Part shown: positions 36,601-49,735 of the stretch, one piece after another | Layout of the letters: each line of letters begins with the position of its first letter | Position numbering within the stretch: the stretch's first letter is position 1 | Assembly: GCF_964188315.1 (NCBI RefSeq) | Contig: NC_135660.1 | Span: 30,814,001-30,878,000, forward strand | Length of the DNA: 64,000 nt | DNA from: Podarcis muralis | Taxonomy: Eukaryota | Direction: 5' to 3' | Notes under the pieces: model-generated | The model's input: only the letters and a program-made list of their open reading frames with translations | What the model was told of the DNA's origin: nothing | Databases searched by the model: none | Program-made: the position numbers and the translations under genes

Positions 36601-37135
36601 TATTATGAGTTTGGGCTGTTACGCTGTATGCCGAGACACTTCTGATCCCTTCTAAGTGTTGAAAGTTAATCAAAACTTCTAATTCTTGGAATAGCCAGAC
36701 TGGCCTCCCGGTGAGGTGACAGCCTAGGTGATGGGCCATTAAGGAGAACAAAGGAAGGGGCTCTTTGGGAGATGGCAAATGAGTGAGGGCCCTCCCTCAT
36801 CTAGTGGATAGTTAGGAAGACAGAGCAAGCGTTTAGAGTGGATAGTTGCAGCGATGTGGGCCAGAAGTAAAGCAGCAAGCTGGGAGAAGGCAGAGAGACA
36901 GAGCAATGTTTGATGTCTGTTTGAGTCCAAGGATGTGGCTCTGTGAGAAACAAGACAGTGTTGGTGCTGTGAACCATCCATCATAGGCTCAGGTTTTATA
37001 CATGTGTAAATAAGCCATATATCATAAAGACACCACAATCTTTGTTGTGCCTCATTTCCAAAGGAAACACGAACCTCGGGTAAGTGTCTGGAATCCTTGG
37101 AATCTTGCATCGCTCAGATTGAGTGGTGTGCAACA
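36601..37135 (+). mobile_element. solo LTR, family A
   Basis: tattatga (decayed tgtt) ... gtgcaaca with 4-bp TSD atac (36597-36600 / 37136-37139); homologous to 5676-6435. Confidence 0.78.
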
Positions 37136-37362
37136 ATACCATTTAATTGCTTAAAATAACAGTGCAGTAGGTGTTTTGCCCTTACATAGCGTTCTTTTGA
37201 GACCTTTGAAAGATAAGACCTATCTACATGTCTTTCGTGGGGAAATCTGCCTATTTTGTCCTTTCTCCATTTCTTGCTTTTCCAGTCTCCATTTCAGTTC
37301 TCCATATTTCCACATCAGTTTGCAGTATTTTTCATCAGCATTCTAGCGTCAATTCTCATTTA

Positions 37363-37610
37363 AACAGTGGAACCCGGGGATACAAACGCTCCGGGTTACA
37401 AACACTTCAGGTTACAAACTCCGCTAACCCAGAAGTAGTACCTTGGGTTGAGAACTTTGCCCCAGGATGAGAACCGAAATCACACACTGGCGACACAGCA
37501 GCAGCAGAAGGCCCCAAGGCAGAAGGCCCCACGCCTCAGGTTAAGAACTGTTTCGGGTTAAGAACGGACCTCCGGAACGAATTAAGTTTGTAACCCGAGA
37601 TACCACTGTA
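37363..37610 (+). mobile_element. Tigger-like MITE, family 1 (diverged)
   Basis: cagtggaacccggg ... aacccgagataccactgta; internal sequence colinear with 12174. Confidence 0.9.
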
Positions 37611-39866
37611 TACACATTTTTGCATGCAACTGTCTCTAATATATACATTTTCTTTGACAATAGTTGCATTTTTATGCAGTACATGCATTTTTGTGTATGT
37701 TACTTGGTTGAAGAACGTGCCTGAAAAATTGGAAGAATTTCAAATTTTGAAGGATGCTTGCATTTTGGTCTGCATTCCCCCTCACCCCATGAAGTGCAAA
37801 TTAGGTGGGTTTGCCTTTAAATGAAACTAATTTCTCCCATTCCTAAATGCACAAAGCTCTCCTTCTGGACTATTTACAGCTTGCTGTGTGTAGGTATTTT
37901 CTTAAAAATGCTAATTCTGTTGAATAAGTGATTTTGCTGCTTATGCTGTGATAATCTTTAAGCTCTAAACTGATGATCAGATCCTTCCCTTTCTGCTAAT
38001 TTCTGCGCTACCCTGAAGGGTTAATGTAACAAGAGCTTTAATGCAATAAAAGGCAAGCGCTCCTGCGATTCCGCTCCCATGCAGCGAAATGTCACAGTCC
38101 ATTGGCCTTCCCTATGAACACTGCACAAAATTACACCTATTTTCATTACTGTGTTTCAACTACAATATTGTTAAGTAAATATTTGCACAAAACTGTGACC
38201 GTTTTAAGGTTTCCTGAGGTGTGAGCTATCCCACCCGGTAAATAATTAAAGGATGCGCTTTCTCTCGTAGCACAAACCAGTGCTTGATATAGGTTTGATC
38301 ATTTCACATCTCTTTGATAATCCATAACTGTCGCCTGCAATCATTTTCATCGTTCAGCCAAGCAAAGATAAAAGGTAGAACATGCTTCTTTCACCTACTC
38401 CCAAGGAAACTCCATTATCCTTGAAAGGCCATGTGACTGCACGAGAGCCAATCGGGGCAGAGAACAGCCTCCCACAAGGACAAGCTCTGTGTGAGCAGAA
38501 AATGAAGTTGTTACCAGACAGCAAACTGCAGCCCTCGGTTCTTATGAATATTTGAATGAGTAACTAAAAACAGCCCAGTGAACTCTAAGCAACTGTGACA
38601 GCTGAAACTGCCTGGGAAACTAGCAGTCTACAAGGACCATGATGAAAAGATCACCAGTCAGGCTCCTTCCAACACCATTTCCTACCTCGCAATATTGTAA
38701 AACATTATTGTTCTCAAAATATTAGTTAGAGGAGAGAGGGGGCGGGAGGAAAGCCTGCTTGCCTCCTATAAATTTTCATAAGGAACCTCTCCAGAAATGT
38801 TCATTCCATTAAAATTCAATGGTTTCTAAGCATCGACTCAAGGCAGGAGAATCGTCACATTTTTTGAGACATTGAAATATTGATGTGGCTTTTGCTTATA
38901 CTCCTAGAAAAATTGGCCCTGGTGAATCTTTCATGAATATCTCTCAGCTAGCTCCGCTTGGAAAGAAAGACGATGAGAACACTTTCCCCTGAAGCAACAA
39001 TGTTCTGAATAATTTGCACAAGCACTGAAATCCCCCCAAATAAGCCAAGTAACTGGGAATTCGGCTTTTATATTTATCATAATGATATGATGTACTGCAT
39101 CCTTGTATAAACACACTAGTCATCTTCCCCCTCCCAGTTTCCCTTCCTTTAAATGTCTATGATGTCATTTCTTACTGAATTCCTTCTCCCCTGCCTATTG
39201 CGTGCAATTTCTACTGCTGCAGGACCGCATGTATACACTGCAAACTTTGTCCATAAGCTGAAAATATATCAGCCTCCTTGCACATGTGCCTATAAGCATT
39301 TCCATCATCAGCCGCTTGTTTTCACATGGGACCCAGGGACTTTGAAGATGTGCCCAGGTGGCATCTCCACCCAGTTCTATTTGCATCCCATAGTGTGGAA
39401 CTGAGAACACAGGAAGTCTTTTTTTCCCAGGCAACCTCCTTATGTTTCCCATGGGAAGCTAACTGTGTGATGGATATGTTTGCTGGTCCTCACTAAATTC
39501 AGCCAAAGGAACCCAGATGCACCCAGAAAGGGAAAACTGTTCAGCAGTTATGCACAGCTTTTGCTATTTCATGTTGTCAGCTATTTGCTTTACACCCTTA
39601 GGATTCCTGAGTGCTTAACAACAATCATAATGACCAATAATTTCACCAGCTGTAATGCTTCTTTGTGGCATCTAGCAGTTGTCAAGTGAAAATGGACAGG
39701 CTCGTCCTGCATTACATGTGAGAGCGCACCAAAGTGATAAGCAAGGGCTGTGATCAGACAGCTTCCATAGAAGCCACAGACTGCCACATGTTGCTAGATA
39801 GGTTTGGAAGTCGTCACTATTTCTCTAAGATTCAGCCCCAAACTGAGGCAGTGGAGCCACCACATA

Positions 39867-40509
39867 CACAAGGTGTGACCGGAAAGTTCAGTGAATGGTC
39901 ACAGAAATCGGACAGCGAGAAATATTCAAACATACATACCTTACAGGCCTTCAAAGTAGGCCCTCTCTGATACAATGCTCCATTGGCACCGTTGACAACG
40001 TTCGTAGAACTGTTGGAAACCTCCGGAGAAGTCCTCTTTTTCTACTGCTTTCAGTTCCCTCATCACAGCAGCTTGGACGTGTGAAATGTTGGGAAATCTG
40101 TGCCCTTTCAGGGCAGATTTCAGTTTTGGAAAAAGAAAGAAGGCCAGTGGGGCAGATTGGGAGAATATGGAGGGTGGGACAACTCAGTAACCTCAGTAAC
40201 GATTTCATGCAGAATATGCAATTCTTCTGCCATCATTTGGACGGACAAACGATGATCCCACATCAATAACTCACAAACTCTGTCAACAGTTGCCGCCGTT
40301 TGGTTCATCGGCGGTCTGCCAGACCAAGGGTCATCTTCCATGGTTTGCTGCCCTTCACATAAATGCTTAAACCACTCATACACTGCCTTTCGAGTTACAG
40401 CTTCATCTCCGTACACAATTGTGAGCATTTCATGGGATTCCAATGCCAATGTACTTCTCACTGTCTGATTTCTGTGACCATTCACCAGACTTTCTGGTCA
40501 CACCTTGTA
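39867..40509 (-). mobile_element. internally deleted mariner transposon
   Basis: about 50-bp TIRs caaggtgtgacc.gaaagt...gtgaatggtcacagaaatc.gacag.gagaa; minus strand encodes an HTH (EMLTIVYGDEAVTRKAVYEWFK...EDDPWSGRP), HPPYSPNL, and a C-terminus ending YFEGL*; catalytic DD core missing. Confidence 0.92.
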
Positions 40510-41574
40510 TTTTACATTTTCACACACAGACCTTCTTTTTGAATGTCTTGACAACTCATAGTTTGGTGATAACAGCATAGCTCATCATAGTCTATAATTT
40601 TTTTGCAAAGTGGAATGAGACCGTGTTAAACTTTGGGTCAGCCAGTGTGCAGGCTGTCGTGAAGGCACAGGGATGTGGGGCATTTGTGTAAAAAAAAAAT
40701 GTGTTGCAGTTTCTGTCTCACAGCTGTCCATTGGAATCCACTCTGCATGATGTAGTGGGCTTGGGACCTCAGCCAAGTAGCTTTTGACAGCTGACTTTAT
40801 GAGGCCCCATGACTCACGTCAAGGCCTGGGTAAAGAAACTCATCACCGTTGTCATCATTTAATAGTCGCCCAAGAACAAAAACAAAAAAACCCTCTAGAT
40901 GCTCTGCAACATGCAAAAAGCAATGAGGGTCCTGTACTTAAGCTAAACGTACAGAAAAGACACAATAAAAAGGGAAACTAGAGAGAGGTATTTATTTCAA
41001 GTATTTTCATACCCCTCAGAATTTCTAAGTAGTTTGTTTTACATACTATTTATTTTAAGAAGCTTTATTTTTGTATAACAATGCAGAATAATATAATGTC
41101 CCATTATGAATAAGGCCTTCTCTATGGCAGAACCTAAGCTGTAGTATTCCCTCCCTACAACATATGTCTGGTACATTCGTTATGCAGTTTTCACTGTATG
41201 CGGGAGACAAACCTCTTTACCATGGCCTTTGGCAGTTGAGGTGTATACTTTAGGAACCATCCTATTTTCTTCAGTGTAATTGGCAAGGCTTAAAGTCAAA
41301 GACCGATATAAGAGATACATGTTTTATTGTGGGTAGGGCAGATGAAGGTGTCTGGTTTTGCTGCTACAGGTAAACTGTGGCATTTCTTCTCTCTGCACTC
41401 CTTGTCTGGTCACTGCTTTGTATACTACTACTACTACTTCTACTACAATAACAATAACAGCATATTCATGTCATAAGTAAATGACAGCACAAACCAAACC
41501 TGCCTGGATGAAAGAGTCTGCATCTGGCGGATTTTCAGCTTTCCCAGCTAAACCTGGGCTCAATGAGGACTACA

Positions 41575-41958
41575 GGGACGTGGTTGGTTCTGTGGTCTAA
41601 ACCACAGAGCCTCTTGGGCTTGCTGATCAGAAGGTTGGCGGTTCGAATCCCCGTGACAGGGTAAGCTCCCATTGCTCTGTCTCAGCTCCTGCCAACCTAG
41701 CAGTTCAAAAGCACAACAATGCAAGTAGATAGATAGGTACCACTGCGGCAGGAAGGTAAATGGTGTTTCCATGGCTGCTCTGGTTTCTGTCATGGTGTTC
41801 TGTTGCGCCAGAAGCAGTTTAGTCATGCTGGCCACATGACCTGGAAAGCTGTCTGTGGACATATGTTGGCTCCTTCAGTCTGAAGCGAGATGAGCACCAC
41901 AACTCCATAGTTACCTTTGACTGGACTTAACCATCCAGGGGTCCTTTACCTTTACCTT
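41575..41958 (+). mobile_element. Sauria SINE, subfamily C
   Basis: head gggacgtggttgg, core, and ctggacttaaccatccaggggtcctttacctttacc tail. Confidence 0.95.
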
Positions 41959-41976
41959 TTTTTTACACTAGCATAA

Positions 41977-42312
41977 GTGGGTTAAACCAGAGAGCCTAGG
42001 ACTTGCCGATCAGAAGGTCGGCGGTTCGAATCCCTGCGACGGGGTGAGCTCCCATTGCTCGGTCCCTGCTCCTGCCAACCTGGCAGTTCGAAAGCACGTC
42101 AAAGTGCAAGTAGATAAATAGGTGTCGCTCCAGCGGGAAGGTAAACGCAATTTCCGTGTGCTGCTCTGGTTCACCAGAAGTGGCTTAGTCATGCTGGCCA
42201 CATGACCCGGAAACAGTACACCGGCTCCCTCGGCCAATAAAGCGAGATGAACACTGCAACCCCAGAGTCGGCCACGACTGGACCTAATGGTCAGGGGTCC
42301 CTTTACCTTTAC
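41977..42312 (+). mobile_element. Sauria SINE, subfamily B, lacking the first about 15-20 nt
   Basis: gtgggttaaaccagagagcctagg ... ctggacctaatggtcaggggtccctttacctttac. Confidence 0.95.
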
Positions 42313-45300
42313 TTTTTTAAGTCCCTCATCTCATCTTAGCTAGAGTTTCACTGGCATAAGTCCCTTGCCCCAGCTCATCCAGGGCTCTGCTGGGCCTCTG
42401 CTAGTGGAACTTTAGCTGATGTAATCGATGCTGACATTAAGTCACAAAGTAGGATGTTCTGAGGCACAGTGGAGCAAGGAAAGTCTTTCCAAACTCAGTC
42501 ATGTAACCTAGAGCCAAATGCTCAAAATCAGACCCACACTCACCTGCTGCATTAGCTGGCAACAGCCCCTCCCAGAGGCTCCTGAACAGAATTTGAAATG
42601 CAGCAGCTTCTTATAGTTAGGATTGCTCTCTTAATGACTAAAATCAAACAAAAGGTGAAGAAAAGCTTGGATGATAAAGAGCTAGATGCACACCAAAGGA
42701 CTGAGTATGGAAGCAATTATTTTTAATCTGCTTTTAATATACAGAAAACAAGCCTAAACATTGCTTCAGCAGAGTAGGCTTGACAACAATCTATCCAGAC
42801 ATCTGTTTGTTTGTTAATTAACATATTTATAATCTGCACTTTCATAGACATATATATCAAGATGGTATACAACATATAAGAATAAAACCACCAAAAAGCA
42901 TTCACAAAATCATAATTTAAAGCACCCATAGACCACAGACTAATACTGATTAGTCAAAAACAGAAAATTCATATTGCAAAGGCCCTTCTAAACTATAGTT
43001 TTCCAAAGATGTCTGAAAGAAGGAAGGGGTGTTTCCTGCTGAACTTCTGCTGGTCTGGAATTCCACAGGCTCGGTCCATAGTAATAGCCAACTAAACCTC
43101 AGAGGTGCAAGGAACCACCAGAAGTACCCCATCAGATCATCTGTGATTGAGGTGGAGCAAAAGGAATTAAATGCTGCAACAGAAATTAGTTGAATACCAC
43201 TTATCATTTATTATTGGGACAAGGCTAAAGAAAGATATGTGTCTTCTGCCAACCCTTGGAGTTTAGACCAACTGCATATATTGCATACAATGTAGCACTA
43301 AGTTAAAGTCACTTAGCAGTAGACTTGTTCTACTGGTGAAATATTTTGCTCTAGCACAAGGTTGTTGCACAAGAGAATACACAAGCAGGTTGCTGGTAAT
43401 TCTGTTGCACAATAGATTCTACAATCTGTTGTGCAACTTGTTTCTGCTAGTGCAACTGTTACACTGAATTCTTTTATTGCGCAAGAGTCTTGTTCTGGTG
43501 GATAGAGAACATTGGATACAGTCTTCTCCCTTTTCTGTTTCCATTGAAAACCTAAGTTTTATGGCTGGCCTTCAAATTTTCCCAAAGAGTTTAAGATAAA
43601 TCAAGAAGGAGAATATCAGGAAGCCTGTTTAGGAATCACTGCTAATAGTCATGCCAGCTCATTCTTTCACCTGCTGTTTTATTATACTTTCTTTTGACTG
43701 GGGTTGGGGGATGTTTACCAGCTTGCAATTAAATGAAATTGTTTAGTTCTGTTCATTTTAAAGAAATTGGCTGTTGAGGGGGATGTTATTTCAAAGTCAT
43801 CTCTCTGACTCAAAAGTTCACAAAACTTTTCACTTGCACTGTGAGGGAGTCTTGCAGGTGGAATATTTCATTTGTCAGAACCTGTCAGAATACGCTGAGC
43901 ATGACCAAGGGTGATTTACCCATGGAAGGGAAAACAAAAGTTAACAAAAGATATCATATCTGTTATACAGATTAACAGATCTCTGCTAGCTAGCTTCCGT
44001 GGTCCTGCTGGAACTATTTCAACTTTCTGTTATGCTTCTCTATTGGAAGAATGATGGACTAGGCATTAATACAATTAACCACCAATATTTGAGGAAATGC
44101 ACCCCTATTCATCTGGATTTGTTGGTGTCACTGGCCCAAATCAAGACAAGAGATTCCCCCCACCCCCTGATTTTTCCTGGGCAGACAGTTCTCAAAGTGT
44201 GAGAAGAGATATTATTTAGCAGTCATGCAACCTTTTCTCCAATTTCTGTCCCTTGGTTAGAGTAGGGTGCACAAGTCCTCTTCAGGTGATCGCATCAAGA
44301 ATTACATAAACATAAGTTGGTGTAGGGATGAGTGGACTAGCTCTACACCCTTCTGTACTAATGGAGGTTCCCTGAATCAGACAAAGACTTTAGTCTTGCA
44401 AATTTCAGTGGCACCAATGTAAGGCCCTATTCCATGGGTGGGGCAGAAATTGCCTGTAAGGGTGGCATAGAAATATTGTTTTGAATCCCATGTTATGCCA
44501 GCAGGGTTCCTCTGGTGCAATGGGGCTTCTGTCTCCTCTCCTTCCTCTGTGTGTCCCCATATCTGGTCCGGAGGGTGCACCAAGCCTCCAGAACTTATTT
44601 TGACTGTGTGCAATAGGCTGAAGGGAATAGGAGAGGAAGCAGAAGTTCTGCTGCCTGCATGAAACTCCCTTTTGCCAGCGGAACTGAAGCATTAGCCATA
44701 ACCCACAGGAAATTAATACATACATAGAACAATATTTGGGCTTTGCAACCCTCAAATATTATTAATGCTGTTTCAGTAAATCCTTCCCAAGGCGTATGTT
44801 CGAAGTTACATACAGCACTTGTTTTAATCTCAGAAACTTGATTCTCTGTGCATCCCCATTGTCAACTTTCCATTATTGCTATTCAGCTTCACACTGGGAG
44901 GCTGCAAGGGATAATGATTAAGACTTCATGATACCACATATTGCAGCAGCAGCAACAGGAAACCATCTCTAAAAATAGCCTTTAGTGCTCGCATTCCCTT
45001 CCCCCCCATAACATGTGCTCTGAGTTGCACTTAATAAATGCACCAGACCAGAAGAATCGGCTGTAATCCACAGATTTCCAATTCTGTACCTGACAAGCCG
45101 TTTGCTTCCATAGTTGACTTCAATTTATCTGTGGGCAGGGGGAAAGTTCACTTTATTGAAACTATTCATGATTTTCTCCCCTAGTAGACTGAGGAGTGTC
45201 TGTTTGGGCTCACAGTTGCAACCTCTTCACCTACAAAGAAATAGAATAATGGTTTGTATCCAGCTCCGCCGAAGAGAAAATGCTTTTGCACTTTCCACTG

Positions 45301-45661
45301 ATTCTGGAAGTTATTTCCTTGGAGATTCAGTTGACATAAAAACATGGTTTGAAAACTGGCTCAATACGACATTTCCCCTCACATGAGAAAATACTAAGCT
45401 TCCTAGGAAATAACATCAAGCTCACTTTTTTGAGGGGCGGGGGATTTGTTCTGATATACTTTCAGTCTGATCTTTCAACTGCTGCTCCAGTAAAAAAAAT
45501 AAAAATGTTTAGCATTAGAGGCAAAGGGGTACTGTGCCATTTATTTGTTGAAAATGGCAAAGCACTCTCAGTGCTGTGAGGTTACATGAGATGTTGTGCC
45601 AATATGTGGGAAACCTCTGTTGTGTCTGCACAAAAAAGAAAAAGAAAAAAAAAACACGCAG

Positions 45662-46890
45662 TAAGAATATAAGAAGTGTGTGCTGGATCAGATCAATGGC
45701 CCATCTAGTCCAGCATCCTGTTCTCACAGTTGCCAACCAGATGCATGTGGGAAACCGACAAGCAGACCTGAACAGCAGAGCTTTCTCCTCTCTTGTGGAT
45801 TCCAGCAACTGGAATTCAGAAGCATTACTGCTTCTGACCATAGAGACAGAGCATAGCCTTCATGGCTAGTAGCCATCGGTAGTTTTCTGCTCCATGATTT
45901 TCTCTAATCCACTTTTAAAGCCATCCAAATTGGTGGCTATCACTGCCTCCTGTGGGAGATTGTGTCCTCCCTCAAAGAGGGCATGTGTTGCGGTGAGACC
46001 TGGAGACTGACCTCCTGTGTTGTGGGTGGGTTGGATTGGTTTGCCACAACACCCAATTGGTAGGTCTTTCGATGTTGGGTTCAATCTGACCAATGGGGCA
46101 CAGTCCAAATGGATCAAGGGACCTATTTATACCCATGTATGTGACCCAGAGCTTCCTCTTTCAGTATGTGCATTCAGAACACCCGCCCACCTCTCCCTAT
46201 ATTTAGGGCAATTTTGCGATTGACCTTGCTATGCCGCCGTGTGTCATCTGTCATTGGGACAGGGGCACGGCAGGAATTTTCCCCACTTGGCTGATTGGCT
46301 GTTGCCATTTGGGTTTCCCCTGCCACGTAGCAAATTGTCACAACTTGTAAGGTTGTGGATAGGCTCTGGTTCATGTGATTGGGATGGGAGAATGGTCTCG
46401 CCATCCCTATGTGAAGGGTATTCCATTAAAGGAATCCAGGGACTCAGTGGTTTGATCAACCCCTGAGAGAGGGTTGTGCCCATACCTGAGTCCAGGGGGG
46501 CATGTGGGTGGTGAACAGAGTCTGTTCCCAGCTTTTCACCTTCCCAGGTGTTCACCCTTGGCTGACCTATGCTGGTGCCCTGGATCAGTGCTGCCTGCAA
46601 GAGTGCAGAGAGCTTGTCAAACCAGAGCCTATGCAACCAGTCACTTTCTGTAATCAATAAAGTTGTGGCCTAAATTCTGCCAAAAACCAAAAGTAAAATT
46701 TGAGTCATGCATGAATTTATTTAGGGGGGAGGTCTCTGGTTCTGAACACGCAACCAGTTCCATAGTTCAACTATGCGTTTAATGCTTTCTTTTATCTGTC
46801 CTGGATCTTCAGCTTCATTGGATGCCCATGAGTTCTGTTGTTATGAGGGGCGTGGGGACATTTCTCCATCCACTTTCTCCATGCCCTGTA
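45662..46890 (-). mobile_element. CR1 LINE 3' portion, split by an LTR (45662-45960 + 46757-about 46890)
   Basis: taagaatataagaag...ctagtccagcatcctgttctcacag is the CR1 3' end on minus; cactgcctcctgtgggaga | gttccatagttcaactatgc continues across the LTR. Confidence 0.85.
45961..46756 (+). mobile_element. solo LTR, family C
   Basis: tg...ca ends, aataaa near 46657, homologous to 48992-49735 over about 700 bp; inserted in CR1; TSD not resolved. Confidence 0.8.
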
Positions 46891-46903
46891 TAATCTATAA
46901 ATT

Positions 46904-47039
46904 TCATAGATCATAGAATCATAGAGCTGGAAGGGGCCACGGGGATCATCTCGTCCACCCCCCTGCAATGTAGGAATCTTTCACCCAATGTGGGGCTCAA
47001 ACCCATGATTAAGAGTCTCATGCTCTACCATATGAGCTA
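46904..47039 (-). mobile_element. Squam2-like tRNA/CR1-tail SINE
   Basis: minus strand tagctcatatggtagagcatgagactcttaatc head, and CR1 tail ...ctctatgattctatga. Confidence 0.8.
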
Positions 47040-47349
47040 ATTTCTCTCATGTCATCTCTTACCTGTCTTTTCTCTGGAGCAAAAAGTCCCAAACAGAGGT
47101 ACCTTTCCTTGATGATTTTGATTGCTTTCTGCAACTCTATGATATCCTTGTTGAGGTGAGGTAACCATTACATCAACACTTGTATCTCACAGAATACATT
47201 GAACATGCAAGTATTCAAATCATAAACCCCGTATACAAGTCCACTAAGATGGGGAGACCAATGTGGCACCTTCAAGTTGCTATTGGGCTCCATCTCCCAT
47301 ATTTTCCAGGCAGCACGACCAATGATCAGGGAAGACAGAACTTGCAATT

Positions 47350-47487
47350 CAGGTGCAGGGAACCTTTGGCCCTCCATATGTTGCTGAACTACAAATCCCA
47401 TCAGCTCCAGCTAGCAAGGGCAATGGCCAAGGATGATGGGAGTTGTAGTTCAGCAACATATGGAAGGCCAAAGGTTCCTGACACTTG
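47350..47487. mobile_element. palindromic hAT MITE
   Basis: inverted arms agggaacctttggccctccatatgttgctgaactaca / tgtagttcagcaacatatggaaggccaaaggttcct. Confidence 0.85.
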
Positions 47488-48991
47488 TTGTAATGCTACA
47501 AACATCTGGACTATTGGTCATGCTTGCTGGTGCAATGGGAGTTGTAGCCCACAAAACCCAGAGAGTACCATGTTGGCTTTCCCTACTCTACATTATACAT
47601 CTTTCATAAAGGGTTGCTCTTTTCAATACACTCGTGTCATTAAAATGTCCATAGCTGCTGTTTCAATGGGTTTCACTAAGGCTGAACATTTTCAGAAGGG
47701 GGAAATAAATGCAACAAATATGAAAAGTAAATGACAAATTGATTTATAGGAAGCCTTGATGAACTTATTAAGCATGCCACAAAAAAATTATTACACATTA
47801 TTAATGTCTGGTTTTTCTTCTAAAAAAAACTTTATGCCATATGACTAATATCTGTTTAGAATACCAAAATAGTGTGACTAATTTTTTTTTAAAGACTTGT
47901 ATCTCATGAAATATATCTGCTTAATTTCCCCCCACTTCCCAGTTTCTTTGTTTGGGATTACTGCATTAGTATTTATCACACAGAGAGCAAATTCCATTCC
48001 ATGCAAAGCTTTCCTCTGTAACAGAAGAAAATAAAGTAACACGTGGCAAAAAATAAAATAATAAAGTAAAAAAGGAATGATGAAAATCAAAACAGGTTTA
48101 TCTCTAGGGGTTGTTACTTGGGAATCAAGCAAGGAAAAAACAGGCTATTTGTTTTGATTTATATTGTTGTGAATTTGCTGTCTGATTACTGTTGAATGGG
48201 TGTATCATTATGGTTTTGCCTAAAGTGATTCTGGGTGGAAGGCAGAGATCTGATACAAAATAAACTTCACGTTCTTTAATAGCCATGGCCTCAACAGGCA
48301 ATTTGTCTGCAGGGCTGTGGGGTGGGGTCTGAGACTAGTGCTTGGCAGATCCTGCAAGAAAAACAGCTGGAAAAGACTGGGAGAAGTTGCTCCCATACTG
48401 TCCACTTTGTGTGGAAGTGACATCCTTCATTCCCTCAGTTTTTGCAAAGAATCCAGATGAGGTCATTGCCAACCCATTACATTTCACTGTTGTCTATGTG
48501 TGTTTTGTTGCAATTTCGCCCAATTTGAAACACAATTGCAGTGCCAGCCAGCCCACTACAGAATGACAAAATATAAGTGAGGCTTTCAGGGCTATTGTGT
48601 CTTCATAAGTTTTCTCTTTGTCACTTTTGCCCCTGTCGTTGCTTCCTGTTCATTGGGGACACAGCATTACTGAATTGCCCCTTAATTAATTAGTTCCTGT
48701 TCCCCCCAATATTATTTTGGGGGGTGCTTTAATTACTGTTTCCTCTTTAATGTCTACTCTTTATTTTATTTCTAATTCAAATAAAACTATTTTGCACTAA
48801 GCAGAAAATAATAGAATAGGAAATTATCTTCCTCCTCCACTGGCCCAATCTAGACTACAAGGAACTGATGGATTTAGGGGCAATTCAGATTAACATTGTG
48901 GGCATGCTCAGTAGAAAGCAATAAGAGACAGAAACCCAGTAAACATTATGGAAATATATTTTTTCACTGAGATGGGTAGTGCTGAGCAACA

Positions 48992-49735
48992 TGTAACATT
49001 ATAAGAAGTGGGTAAGATTGGACAGCCACAACACCCAATTGGTAGGTCCCTCGATGCTGGGTTCAATCTGGCCAATGGGGCACAGTCCAAATGGATTGAG
49101 GGACCTTTATATATCCATGCACAGGACCTAGAGCTTCCTCTTTCGGCTCGTGCATTCGGAACACCTGCCCACCTCTCCCTACTTTTAGGACAATTTTGCG
49201 ATTGAGCTTGCTATGCCGTCGTGTGTCGTCTGTTGTTGGGACAGGGGCACGGCAGGAATTTTCTCCACTTGGCTGATTGGCTGTTGCCATTTGGGTTTTC
49301 ATCTGCCATGTAGCAAATCGTCACAACTTGTAAGGTTGCAGATAGGCTCTGGTTCAGGTGACAAGGCTGGGAGAATGGTCTCGCAATCCCTATGTGAAGG
49401 GTATTCCGTTAAAGGAATCCAGGGTCTCAACTTGATTAGGTCAACCCCTGAGAAGGGGTTGTGCCCATGCCGAGTCCAGGGGGGCATCTGGGTGGCGAAC
49501 ATAGTCTGTTCCCGGCTGTTTGCCTACCCAGGTGTTCACTCTTGGCTGACCTATGCTGGTGCCCTGGGTCAGCGCTGCCTGCAAGGGTGTAGGGAGCTAG
49601 TCAAACCAGAGCCTATGCAACTACTCACCTTCTGTAAAGTTGTGGCCTAAATTCTGTCAAAAACCAAAACTAAAATTTGAGTCAAGTGTGTCTTTATTTA
49701 GGGGGGAGGTCTCTGGGTCTGAACATGCAATAACA
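48992..49735 (+). mobile_element. solo LTR, family C
   Basis: colinear with 45961-46756 (gccacaacacccaattggtagg ... tttatttaggggggaggtctctgg); ends ataaca; 5' boundary approximate. Confidence 0.8.

Noticed and set aside
47180-47734. 184-aa ORF
   Set aside because: Crosses several palindromic hAT MITEs; no recognisable domain or splice structure.
45961-49735. Paired LTRs as the two ends of one provirus
   Set aside because: The sequence after the first LTR resumes the interrupted CR1, there is no PBS, gag/pol or PPT between them, and the copies are visibly diverged.
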